A program made the translations under genes and the position numbers. Of a stretch of 64,000 bases of DNA, positions 7,085 to 15,756 are shown in pieces (position 1 is the stretch's first letter; the number at the start of each line of letters is the position of its first letter). The stretch is from Planctomycetota bacterium (lineage in GTDB: Bacteria > Planctomycetota > JACOTG01 > JAJDCM01). The stretch lies in assembly GCA_029260825.1 (NCBI GenBank), contig JAJDCM010000382.1:1221-65220 (forward strand), in the 5' to 3' direction. A model generated the notes under the pieces. That model was given only the letters and a program-made list of their open reading frames with translations. It was not told where the DNA came from and searched no databases.

Positions 7085-8983
7085 ATGGTGAATCCAGGCA
7101 TGACCGAGGCAGCACTTCATGTGCAAAAAGGACCGGCGCGACCCAGCCGGGTGCTCCTTCGTGAGGATCTCCTGTTAATCGGGCGATCCGAGGACTGCGC
7201 TCTCATCTTGCTGGATGATACCGCCTCCCGTCACCATGCCAGCGTCGAGCGGACCGAGGATGGCTTTCGTTTGAAAGACCTGGGATCTTCAAATGGAACC
7301 TTCGTGAACGGAGACATGAATCCAGATCGACTCCTCATCGAGGGGGATGAGATCCGGATCGGCTCGGTTCACCTTCAATTCAGCCTGAAGGCCGGGCGGA
7401 AAACGATCATCGTCGAGGAAAAAGAGGAGAGTCCGACAACTCTGAGGGTTGAAACCTCCATACCCGGCCCCACGTTTGATCCCACCGAGGGCGATGACGA
7501 TGACGGGCTTCTTCGACGACTGAAAACACTTTATCGGGTAAACACGGCTCTTTCCCGGTGCCTCGATACGAACGAACTCCTCCTCGAGGTCTTTCGGAGT
7601 CTGACGGAGGTCCTTCCGTTTGAGCGAGGCGCGGTCTGGTACAGCAAGGGGGGGCAAACAAGACCTTTGATCTACTACCAGCGAGAAGACGAAAATCATC
7701 GCCCGTTTCAGGTGAGCTCGACTCTTCTCCAGCGAGTGCTGGTGAGCAAGGAAGGCGTCCTCGTTCGGGATGTTCTCGAGGACGAAAAACTCCGAGATCG
7801 CCGGAGTGTTCTTCTGGGTAGTACGCTCTCCATCGCTGCAGTGCCTCTTCTGGTTGAGGGCAATTGCATGGGAGTTCTCTACATCGACTCAACCCTGGTC
7901 GATTCCTTTTCTCCCGAGGATCTCGAATTGCTCCTGGGCCTGGCATGTCCCACCGGGCTGGCGATCCGCAACGCGGAAACTTTCACCCGAAAAGACCAGG
8001 AAGCTCATCGACTTCGCCAGGAGCTTACGACTCACCACCGAGCCATCGGTGATTCTCCCGAATTCAAGGAGGCGCTTTCCCTCACCGAGAAGGTGGGGCC
8101 GACGGACACCACCGTCCTCCTGCTCGGAGAGACCGGAACAGGTAAGGAGATTCTTGCCCGGACCATCCACAATCTGAGCACCCGAAGAGAAGGGCCCTTT
8201 GTCCCGGTGAATTGTGCGGCGATTTCTCCCTCCCTCCTTGAAAGTGAACTCTTCGGTCACGTCAGTGGAGCATTCACCGGAGCTCATCGGGACGCTCCGG
8301 GTCAGTTCAGGCTGGCTGACGGCGGCACATTATTCCTGGATGAAGTCGGGGAAATGCCCCCCGAGCTCCAATCAAAGCTTCTTCGAGTTCTCGAGGAGCG
8401 CGAAGTTCGTCCGGTGGGCGCCGATCGCACCGTGGCGATCGACATCAGGATTCTTGCCGCCACGAACCGGGATCTCCAGGGCGACATCGAAACCGGTGGC
8501 TTCCGCGCCGACCTCTACTATCGCCTGGGTGTGATGCAGATCAACATTCCACCTCTTCGGGAGCGAACGGGAGACATCTTGCTTCTCGCTCGATCCTTCC
8601 TTGACGCATTGCGAGGCGGCCTGGGGAAGCATCCTTCTGGCTTCTCTTCGGAGGCAGCAGAGATCCTAGAGCGGTATCCTTGGCCGGGAAATGTGCGAGA
8701 GCTTCGCAATGTGGTGGAAAGAGCATCCGTTCTTGCCGCAGGAGAGCAGATCAAACCGAGAGATCTCCCCGATGATGTCCGTCGGAGCATCCAGGGCGCT
8801 GGGGGTGGGCGCTTCGATGACCCGGCCGGGGATGAACCCATCTTCTCTCTCAAGGAAGCGGAAAAGATCGCCATTGAGAGGGCCCTCCAGAAGACCGGGG
8901 GGAGAAAGGGGGAGGCTGCCAAACTCCTCGGTACTTCCTGGCCAACCCTGACGAAGAAGATCCGAGAATACGGGCTGGATTGA
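7085..8983 (+). CDS. Sigma-54-dependent transcriptional activator with N-terminal FHA and GAF domains (FHA-GAF-AAA+-Fis HTH)
   Basis: FHA region LIGRSEDCALILLDDTASRHHASVE...LGSSNGTFVNG. AAA+ region GETGTGKEILARTIHNLSTRREGPFVPVNCAAI...GAFTGA. C-terminal HTH KGEAAKLLGTSWPTLTKKIREYGL. Start chosen at ATG 7085 because the track ORF start at 6812 overlaps the divergent GntR gene. Confidence 0.85.
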   Translation: MVNPGMTEAALHVQKGPARPSRVLLREDLLLIGRSEDCALILLDDTASRHHASVERTEDGFRLKDLGSSNGTFVNGDMNPDRLLIEGDEIRIGSVHLQFSLKAGRKTIIVEEKEESPTTLRVETSIPGPTFDPTEGDDDDGLLRRLKTLYRVNTALSRCLDTNELLLEVFRSLTEVLPFERGAVWYSKGGQTRPLIYYQREDENHRPFQVSSTLLQRVLVSKEGVLVRDVLEDEKLRDRRSVLLGSTLSIAAVPLLVEGNCMGVLYIDSTLVDSFSPEDLELLLGLACPTGLAIRNAETFTRKDQEAHRLRQELTTHHRAIGDSPEFKEALSLTEKVGPTDTTVLLLGETGTGKEILARTIHNLSTRREGPFVPVNCAAISPSLLESELFGHVSGAFTGAHRDAPGQFRLADGGTLFLDEVGEMPPELQSKLLRVLEEREVRPVGADRTVAIDIRILAATNRDLQGDIETGGFRADLYYRLGVMQINIPPLRERTGDILLLARSFLDALRGGLGKHPSGFSSEAAEILERYPWPGNVRELRNVVERASVLAAGEQIKPRDLPDDVRRSIQGAGGGRFDDPAGDEPIFSLKEAEKIAIERALQKTGGRKGEAAKLLGTSWPTLTKKIREYGLD

Positions 8984-9021
8984 AAGGTTCTTTCAATCCT
9001 CCATTGAAAGATCTTTTCAAT
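8979..9021 (+). repeat. Tandem AT-rich hairpins/palindromes ATTGAAAG-N3-CTTTCAAT (x2) immediately after the activator stop codon
   Basis: attgaaag gtt ctttcaat cctcc attgaaag atc ttttcaat. Each has an 8-bp stem and a 3-nt loop. They stand out as AT-rich in a GC-rich genome. Confidence 0.5.
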
Positions 9022-9186
9022 TCTTACCTTTCTGCCGGAGCTCTCGGGGCTCAACGGTTCTGGCGTTTGTTATTTTAAGCCTTTAATTTACAATGGCTTA
9101 GAGGCACTTTTGGGCCGTCCCGATATCGATGGCACGATTCGTGTTGTTCTTCCCGGTGACAGAGCCACCAACCAGAAGAGAGCCAG

Positions 9187-10239
9187 ATGAACGAAAACAA
9201 GAACCTACATGCTCGCGTGACCCGAAACGCGGAGGATACTGCCAGCTTCGACACGAGTTCCCTGGTGGGGCTTGAGCTTGGCGGCTATCGACTGGACGAG
9301 CCGATTGGACAGGGAGGCATGGGATCCGTTTTTAGAGCAACCCAGCTCTCCCTCGGCCGCTCGGTTGCGGTGAAAGTACTCGCCCCCGAGCTTTCGGGGC
9401 GCGATCAGATGGTGTCCCGATTCAAGCGAGAGATCAAAACACTCACAAGCCTTAGCCACCCCAACATCGTTGCTCTTCTCGACGGAGGATTCGACAGCGA
9501 CAAGGGGCTTTATTACTACGTGATGGAGTTGATCGACGGAGTGACGGTTCGAGACGTGATCGACGGGGGCGGTCTTGAACCGGCAAAAGCGTTGCTCATG
9601 GTTCCCAAGATCTGCGATGCCCTGGAATATGCCCACCAGATGGGAGTCGTTCACCGGGACGTGAAGCCAGCCAACATCCTGTTGGACCGGGAAGGTCGGG
9701 TCAAGATCGCAGACTTCGGTCTTTCTCGTCTGATCGAAGAAAAGGAAGATGAAGGCCGGATCACCCGGACTCAGCAGGTCATGGGCACCGTCGAGTACAT
9801 GGCCCCCGAACAGCGAGAGGGGGCCAAGCACATCGATCATCGGGCAGACATCTACTCTCTCGGGGTTGTTTTCTACGAGCTGCTCACCGGTGAGCTCCCG
9901 ATCGGTCGGTTTGATCCCCCGAGTAAAAAGGTGGAAGTGGACGTGCGGCTGGATGACGTTGTTTTGCGGGTTCTCGCCAAAGATCCCCAGCGGCGCTACC
10001 AACGTGCAAGCGAGGTGGCCGTCGACGTACGAAGTCTCGAGTCGGACAGCGCCGTCGCCAGTCCGGGAACCAGTGGATCTCATCAGGAGGAGGAAGACAT
10101 GGAACACGCAATCTCGACCCCGTCCCGAGTCTCAGGATGGGCGATCGCCAGCTTCGTCCTGGCTCTTTTGATCATCGTGCCGTTTGTGCTGGGGATGCTC
10201 GCACTGTTGTTCCTGGGAGCAACCGTTCAGAGCGGATAA
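9187..10239 (+). CDS. Hanks-type Ser/Thr protein kinase (active; C-terminal TM anchor)
   Basis: Glycine loop GQGGMGSVF, VAVK lysine, HRDVKPANILL catalytic loop, DFG, APE. C-terminal hydrophobic segment. Confidence 0.85.
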   Translation: MNENKNLHARVTRNAEDTASFDTSSLVGLELGGYRLDEPIGQGGMGSVFRATQLSLGRSVAVKVLAPELSGRDQMVSRFKREIKTLTSLSHPNIVALLDGGFDSDKGLYYYVMELIDGVTVRDVIDGGGLEPAKALLMVPKICDALEYAHQMGVVHRDVKPANILLDREGRVKIADFGLSRLIEEKEDEGRITRTQQVMGTVEYMAPEQREGAKHIDHRADIYSLGVVFYELLTGELPIGRFDPPSKKVEVDVRLDDVVLRVLAKDPQRRYQRASEVAVDVRSLESDSAVASPGTSGSHQEEEDMEHAISTPSRVSGWAIASFVLALLIIVPFVLGMLALLFLGATVQSG

Positions 10240-10303
10240 GGGCGCCGCTTCCGGTCCCATTGGAAGTGCTCATGAAGAAGAGAGAAGAAAGGAACATCGA
10301 TCC

Positions 10304-10669
10304 ATGCAGATAAGTGAACTGTTATTAGTCCTTGGAGTCCTTGCTTTCTGTACCATCCCACTTCTATCGATTATCTTTGGAATCGTTGGACTGGTCAAAA
10401 TTGGGAGGTCAGGTGGGCAACTCCGAGGAGCTGGACTAGCTTGGACAGGAATCATCATCGGTGTCATTTCTCTGCTTGCGGTCCCCGCCGTGGGAGGCCT
10501 TGCTCTGGTCTCTCGCCGGTCCCAGGCATCAGCCTGGGAAGCAGAGACCGCACTCAAGGAGGCTGTCCTCCAGGAAAGAAAGGACAGAAAGAAGCGAACC
10601 AGGGCCATCGAAATCGCCCCGGAAGACCTTGCTCCGACCCAAGAAACCACGGAGAAAGAGGGAGTTTAA
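10304..10669 (+). CDS. Small two-TM membrane protein (DUF4190-like)
   Basis: MQISELLLVLGVLAFCTIPLLSIIFGIVGLVKIG...GIIIGVISLLAVPAVGG. A purine-rich SD precedes ATG 10304. The track ORF start at 10184 overlaps the kinase 3' end. Confidence 0.55.
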   Translation: MQISELLLVLGVLAFCTIPLLSIIFGIVGLVKIGRSGGQLRGAGLAWTGIIIGVISLLAVPAVGGLALVSRRSQASAWEAETALKEAVLQERKDRKKRTRAIEIAPEDLAPTQETTEKEGV

Positions 10670-10680
10670 GGCCCCTCGAG

Positions 10681-12045
10681 ATTCTCCTTCTCCTGGCGAT
10701 TTGCTGCTTCCTCGTCACCCCCTCGATCTCGGCTCAAACGACTGTCGATCCCGATGAGGTTGTTCGGGCCCGGGTCGAACAGAGTGCTTGCTCGGGAATC
10801 GTGGTCGGCCTCGTCAGTCCCTCCGGGACCAAGATCATCTGCCAGGGAACACGGCTGCGATCTGGCCGAGCCAGAGTCGATGCAGACACGCTCTTTGAAC
10901 TGGGTGAGGTGAGCCAGGTCTTTACCGGGCTTCTCCTTGCCGAACTCGAACTCGAGAAAGAGATCTCCTTCAAAGATCCGATCTCTCTTTTCCTTCCCAA
11001 GGACTGGTCTCTACCTGGTGATGATCCGGACGCGATCACTCCGCTGAGTCTGATCACTCATACATCCGGTTTCCCCCGCCATGTGAGGATTCCCCGAAAA
11101 GGAGACGACCCGGAGAGAATTCGAGCTGCTCTTGGCTCCTGCACTTTGGACAAGGGAAGGAACCACCCGGTTGAATCGAACTTCGGGATCGGGCTCCTTG
11201 GCCACGCTCTGGAAACCCGGGCGAAGACATCCTTTGAGGACCTTCTCACTCAGCGGATTCTAAGACCCCTCAAAGCGCCTCACGCCTGTTTTGAGTTCGA
11301 CCCGAATCCCGAGGTAAATCAGGCTCGGGGGCATGATGCGGAGGGCTTTGGGATTGCTCGCGCCAAAGGCCCGGCTCTCCTTCCCGCATCCGATGGCCTC
11401 CGTGCTTCCGGGGCCGATCTTCTCCGCCTGCTGGAGTTCCTCCTCGCACCGGGAAAAGATTCAAAGCTTGAACCCATCGTCAGCCCGACTCTTACGAATC
11501 AAATCAAGAACTCCCCCGAATTGCCGGGTGAAGGAAGAGGGCTCGGGTGGATCCTCTTGACCGAAAAGGGAAGCAATCTTGCGGTTCAATCCGGAGCAAT
11601 CTACGGGTGCAGCTCCTTTGTCGGGTTAGATCTCAAGGCCAGAACCGGGGTCTTCGTTCTCTCGAATTCGATTCAAGATGTGTCGGATCTTGGCCTTCAT
11701 TTCCTGGACCCCAAAAGACCACTTGCCAGGGCCCGGGTCAGAAAAGCAACCACCCTGGAAAAGGGAGCCCTCAAGGCCAAAGAAGGAATTTTTAGACTTT
11801 CCGACGGACGGCGCATCAATCTTCGCGCGATAGCAGGCGGCCTGAGAATGCAGTCAGACGACGGAAAAGTGCTGGACCTCATTCCTGAGACCGAGGATGT
11901 TTTCTTCGGTCTCACGGACGACATCGAGATCAACTTTCTTCCTGCCGAGCCCGGTTCCCCTCCATCTCTCTCGTTCAGGAATCGGGCAAGAACTCAGAAA
12001 GGGACGGGGCAGGGGAGGCAAGAGAAGACTCCGAAGAAAGACTAG
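10681..12045 (+). CDS. Secreted beta-lactamase/PBP-fold protein with degenerate catalytic motifs (probable pseudoenzyme); start codon uncertain
   Basis: Signal peptide ILLLLAICCFLVTPSISA-QT. Strong collinearity with class C beta-lactamases (LFELGEVSQVFTGLLLAELE versus AmpC LFELGSVSKTFTG). SxxK reads EVSQ, YxN reads ESN, KTG reads QSG. No ATG, GTG or TTG in frame near the signal peptide; ATT at 10681 or CTG at 10693 are the candidate starts, 12-24 nt after the upstream gene's stop. Confidence 0.65.
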   Translation: MLLLLAICCFLVTPSISAQTTVDPDEVVRARVEQSACSGIVVGLVSPSGTKIICQGTRLRSGRARVDADTLFELGEVSQVFTGLLLAELELEKEISFKDPISLFLPKDWSLPGDDPDAITPLSLITHTSGFPRHVRIPRKGDDPERIRAALGSCTLDKGRNHPVESNFGIGLLGHALETRAKTSFEDLLTQRILRPLKAPHACFEFDPNPEVNQARGHDAEGFGIARAKGPALLPASDGLRASGADLLRLLEFLLAPGKDSKLEPIVSPTLTNQIKNSPELPGEGRGLGWILLTEKGSNLAVQSGAIYGCSSFVGLDLKARTGVFVLSNSIQDVSDLGLHFLDPKRPLARARVRKATTLEKGALKAKEGIFRLSDGRRINLRAIAGGLRMQSDDGKVLDLIPETEDVFFGLTDDIEINFLPAEPGSPPSLSFRNRARTQKGTGQGRQEKTPKKD

Positions 12046-12318
12046 ACGGATTTCTGCTCAAGCTTACAACCATCCAGCTTCGATCAGGATATAGAGATTG
12101 AGAGTGAACCCAAGGCCCAAAGAAGGGGACCTGACCCAGGTCAAGGCCGGGTCGATTTCGGTCTCGTAGGATGGCTTCGGCTGCAGTTCGTAGGGTTGAA
12201 GCTTCGGATCCAGGCGGTATCCTAGGAGTTGCGCTCTTTCGGTTCGCCCCTTCGAATCTGGAAGGCGTCTCTCCCGTTCCCTCACAGTTTTCCGCGTCAA
12301 AAAATAAAGAGAAGAGCC

Positions 12319-14166
12319 ATGACAACGACCCAGGAGCTGAAATCCCGTCCCGAGATGGAGAAGAAGGCAAGTGAGCTTGAGTCTCGTGAAGTTGCCGAAT
12401 CGGCTCGGGAAACGGAATGGAAGAGCCCTAGCTTCGTGAAGGAGTTGTATGGAGGTCGGATCCTCCTGGATCTCCTTCATCCGTACCCGGAAAAACCGGC
12501 CGCGGATATCGAAAAAGCCCGCCCGTTCATGGAAAAGCTGGACAAGATCCTGGCCAAGGTTGATGGGGACGCCATCGATCGCACCGGCGATCTTCCCGCT
12601 GATATCGTCCAGGAGTTGAAAGACATCGGGGCGTTCGGGATCAAGATCCCGGAAAAATATGGAGGCCTTGGTCTTTCTCAGCGCTCGTACGTGGAGGCCA
12701 TCGCCAAAGTGACCAGCGTCGATGGATCCCTCACTGCTCTTCTTTCCGCTCATCAGAGCATCGGTCTTCCTCAACCTCTGAAGATGTTTGGGACCGAGGC
12801 GCAAAAGGACAAATGGTTCCCGCGGCTTGCCAAGGGGACGATTTCCGCCTTCGCACTTACCGAGCTCGAAGCAGGCTCTGACCCGGCCAACATGACGACT
12901 GCCGCTGTTTCCGACAACGGAGATGAATACGTCATCAACGGAAAGAAGCTCTGGTGCACAAACGGTGTCGTGGCCGACGTCCTCGTGGTGATGGCAAAGA
13001 CCGGAAAACGAATCTCCGCCTTCATCGTCGAGACAAAGACTCCCGGAGTGGAGCTTGTTCATCGGTGCCACTTCATGGGATTGAAGGGGATTCAAAATGC
13101 GGTGATCCACTTCAACGATGTTCGTGTTCCCAAAGAGAACCTGCTCTGGAAAGAAGGCTCGGGGCTGAAACTTGCCTTGATTACTTTGAACACCGGGCGA
13201 CTCACGCTGCCGGCAAGTTGTGCCGCAGGGACCCGAAGGCTGGTGCAAATTTGTCGTGAATGGTGCAAGGAGAGAGTTCAGTGGGGAGTCCCCATTGGAA
13301 AGCACGACGCCATCGCCCAGATGCTGGGGAACATGACCGCCAATGCTTTTGCCATGGAAACGGTTGCCGACATGGCTTCGGCCATGGCCGATCAAGGCGG
13401 ATATGACATTCGCCTGGAAGCGGCGATCGCCAAGCTCTTCAACTCGGAGGTTTCCTACAAGGCGTGTGATGACGCCTTGCAGATTCGCGGTGGACGAGGC
13501 TATGAGACCGCCGATTCATTGAAGGCTCGGGGCGAGAAACCCATCCCCATCGAGCGGTTTCTACGAGACATGCGGATCAACCGGATCTTCGAGGGATCCA
13601 CCGAGATCATGCATCTCTTCATTGCTAGAGAGATGCTGGACGGGCACCTCAAGGTCGCCGGAGATCTGGTGAATCCCAAGGCCACCGGGGGGCAGAAGTT
13701 CAAGGCCCTTCTACGTGCAGCCGGCTTTTACTCCTGGTGGTATCCAACCCGGTGGGTTGGCTGGTCGTTCGCACCGAAGTACTCGGAATTTGGCGAACTT
13801 GCGGGTCACCTGCGCTTCGTTTCAAGATCCTCTCGAAAACTTGCCAGGACGATTTTCCACTCCATGGTCCGCTTTGGCCCCAAGCTCGAGAAACGACAAA
13901 AGGTTCTCGCAAGGCTCGTGGATATCGGAGCCGAGCTTGTAGCCATGGCCATGACTTGTGTCCGGGCTCACGCGATGGTCAAGAAGGACCCGGGCAACCA
14001 AGGACCTTCCGAACTCGCCGACGTCTTTTGCTCTCAAGCCCGCCTCCGGGTCAAAGAGCTCTTCCGCAACGTCTCCAGCAATGCGGACGTGAAGACCTAC
14101 AAGGCGGCCCAAAACGTTATTTCCGGTGATCACGCCTGGATGGAGGAAGGCCTCCCCAAGGTCTAA
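12319..14166 (+). CDS. Acyl-CoA dehydrogenase (long form with C-terminal extension)
   Basis: ACAD motifs (FALTELEAGSDPANMTT, YVINGKKLWCTNG, IFEGSTEIM). RBS aagagaagag precedes ATG 12319. The 443-aa antisense ORF 12064..13395 is a shadow. Confidence 0.85.
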   Translation: MTTTQELKSRPEMEKKASELESREVAESARETEWKSPSFVKELYGGRILLDLLHPYPEKPAADIEKARPFMEKLDKILAKVDGDAIDRTGDLPADIVQELKDIGAFGIKIPEKYGGLGLSQRSYVEAIAKVTSVDGSLTALLSAHQSIGLPQPLKMFGTEAQKDKWFPRLAKGTISAFALTELEAGSDPANMTTAAVSDNGDEYVINGKKLWCTNGVVADVLVVMAKTGKRISAFIVETKTPGVELVHRCHFMGLKGIQNAVIHFNDVRVPKENLLWKEGSGLKLALITLNTGRLTLPASCAAGTRRLVQICREWCKERVQWGVPIGKHDAIAQMLGNMTANAFAMETVADMASAMADQGGYDIRLEAAIAKLFNSEVSYKACDDALQIRGGRGYETADSLKARGEKPIPIERFLRDMRINRIFEGSTEIMHLFIAREMLDGHLKVAGDLVNPKATGGQKFKALLRAAGFYSWWYPTRWVGWSFAPKYSEFGELAGHLRFVSRSSRKLARTIFHSMVRFGPKLEKRQKVLARLVDIGAELVAMAMTCVRAHAMVKKDPGNQGPSELADVFCSQARLRVKELFRNVSSNADVKTYKAAQNVISGDHAWMEEGLPKV

Positions 14167-14191
14167 CAGCCCGAATCGTGGCGGGAGTTCC

Positions 14192-15733
14192 CTACTCGCC
14201 CTTTGACCAGGTAGCCAGGACCAACAGGGTGGCCCAGGAAACTTCGCCAGGATAGCTGACAGCTTTCGTCACTCGAAGATGACGGCGAAGTTGTCGTTGC
14301 CTCGCCGAGACGATTGCTTTGGCGAAGTAGAGCGCCGGGGCGAGGGAGTAGGCGGCTTCGCCACCCAGACGATCCTCTCGAGTCCTGGCCCTCATGGCGG
14401 TCCAAAGTTTCTTGTTGTCCGGATGAAAGGTCCCCGAGGTACTTTTCAGATTCAATCCGGTCATCCCGGAATGTCCTCCGTCATAGCCAACCTCAAGCGC
14501 AAATGTTGCGATCTCCCGGGTGCGTTCCTTGATCAGAGGCGCCAGCCCGGGGGAGTGAGTCTCGATGACCAGCATTTCGTAGGGCCAGAGACAACCCAGA
14601 TGAAACCAGGTGACGTACCGTCCCTTCGGGTTCCGGGAAGCCAGGTAGGGCCATGTGATGAGGTCGCGGGTCTTGACCCACTCTCCTGGATCGGTCTGCC
14701 AGCCTCTCTTTGACGTATCACCGGCAACTTTTCGCCAGGAGCAAAACTGGAGCAAGCGGCCCTCGACAACGGCCAGGAAATCCTGGGTGGTTTCGAACGT
14801 AAATGGAACCTCTTTAAGCATCTCGGGGGTCAGATATCCCTGTTCAACTAGGGCCTCAAAGACCTGACTGAATCGAAAGGCTGCCCCCGCTGCTCGAACG
14901 AAAGGTCGAACGCCTCCCATTCCGATCATCCATTTCTCGTTCTCTGGATCATCCTGGAAAAATGGACTGTTCTGGAGACGATGAAAAGCGACTTGAAATC
15001 CGTTCAGCAGGGCAGCCCGGGTTTCACCGTCTCGTGCCGCGATTGCGGTCAGACCGATGGCCGGGTGCCTCTGAAGGTGTCCGTGGTCCTGCTTGTCCGG
15101 AATCTGGACCAGCCAGTTTGCGAGGTTGACGGCGTTGTCCCGTGCCTTCTCATCCCCGTAGAGTAGCCAGCCTAGAAGGTTATTCGTGATCCGGTCCGAA
15201 TCGTTGTTGCCCCGTCCTCCCCGGCGAGGGTCGGGGATGCTCTTTTCGTCCCCGGTTCGAACGTATCGCTCGAGCGGGTCTTTTACCTGGAGGGCGGCCA
15301 TGTAGCGCCGTCCCGCCGGGACGAGAGCCTTCTCGTAGAGTTTGCGAGCGATGGCCCTTTCCTTGGCGGTTCCTAGCGGAATGGGGAAGAGTTTTCCAAC
15401 TCGATCTTTCTCCACAACCGGATCGACTGGCTTCTGCTTCTCGTTCTTCTTTGTTCCGGGGTCAACCGTCGCTTTCTTGGAGCCGGAGATTGGTTGTGTT
15501 CCTGAGGAGGAGTCTTTCCCTGCCTTTGCCGGAGACGCTACCTCTCCGCCCAGCTGTCCTTTCTGGTGAGTTTCCGACGGACGCTTCTGGCTCTCCTCCT
15601 GGGAAATGGCGTCAGGAGCACCCCCAAATAAGAGGGAAGCAAGGAACAGCACGATGGGCCCCCGAAGCTTGAGAATCAGGGACCATGTCGGGGAATCCGT
15701 TTGGGCGTACATGGAGCACCTATTCTCCATCAT
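14192..15733 (-). CDS. Hypothetical secreted protein (signal peptide, no recognisable domain)
   Basis: Long ORF with signal peptide IVLFLASLLFGGAPDAISQ. It sits immediately downstream of the GDPD-FGGY gene, so it is probably co-transcribed. Confidence 0.5.
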   Translation of the reverse strand: MMENRCSMYAQTDSPTWSLILKLRGPIVLFLASLLFGGAPDAISQEESQKRPSETHQKGQLGGEVASPAKAGKDSSSGTQPISGSKKATVDPGTKKNEKQKPVDPVVEKDRVGKLFPIPLGTAKERAIARKLYEKALVPAGRRYMAALQVKDPLERYVRTGDEKSIPDPRRGGRGNNDSDRITNNLLGWLLYGDEKARDNAVNLANWLVQIPDKQDHGHLQRHPAIGLTAIAARDGETRAALLNGFQVAFHRLQNSPFFQDDPENEKWMIGMGGVRPFVRAAGAAFRFSQVFEALVEQGYLTPEMLKEVPFTFETTQDFLAVVEGRLLQFCSWRKVAGDTSKRGWQTDPGEWVKTRDLITWPYLASRNPKGRYVTWFHLGCLWPYEMLVIETHSPGLAPLIKERTREIATFALEVGYDGGHSGMTGLNLKSTSGTFHPDNKKLWTAMRARTREDRLGGEAAYSLAPALYFAKAIVSARQRQLRRHLRVTKAVSYPGEVSWATLLVLATWSKGE

Positions 15734-15756
15734 TGAGCGTGTCCGTCCAAGCGGAT

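Noticed and set aside
9151-9170. TGGCACG (perfect sigma54 -24 box) upstream of the kinase gene
   Set aside because: The expected -12 TTGC element is displaced by about 3 nt (TGGCACGATTCGTGTTGT), so the spacing does not fit GG-N10-GC. Probably fortuitous.
12064-13395. 443-aa minus-strand ORF
   Set aside because: Antisense shadow of the acyl-CoA dehydrogenase gene. No domain signal and composition typical of GC-driven open frames.
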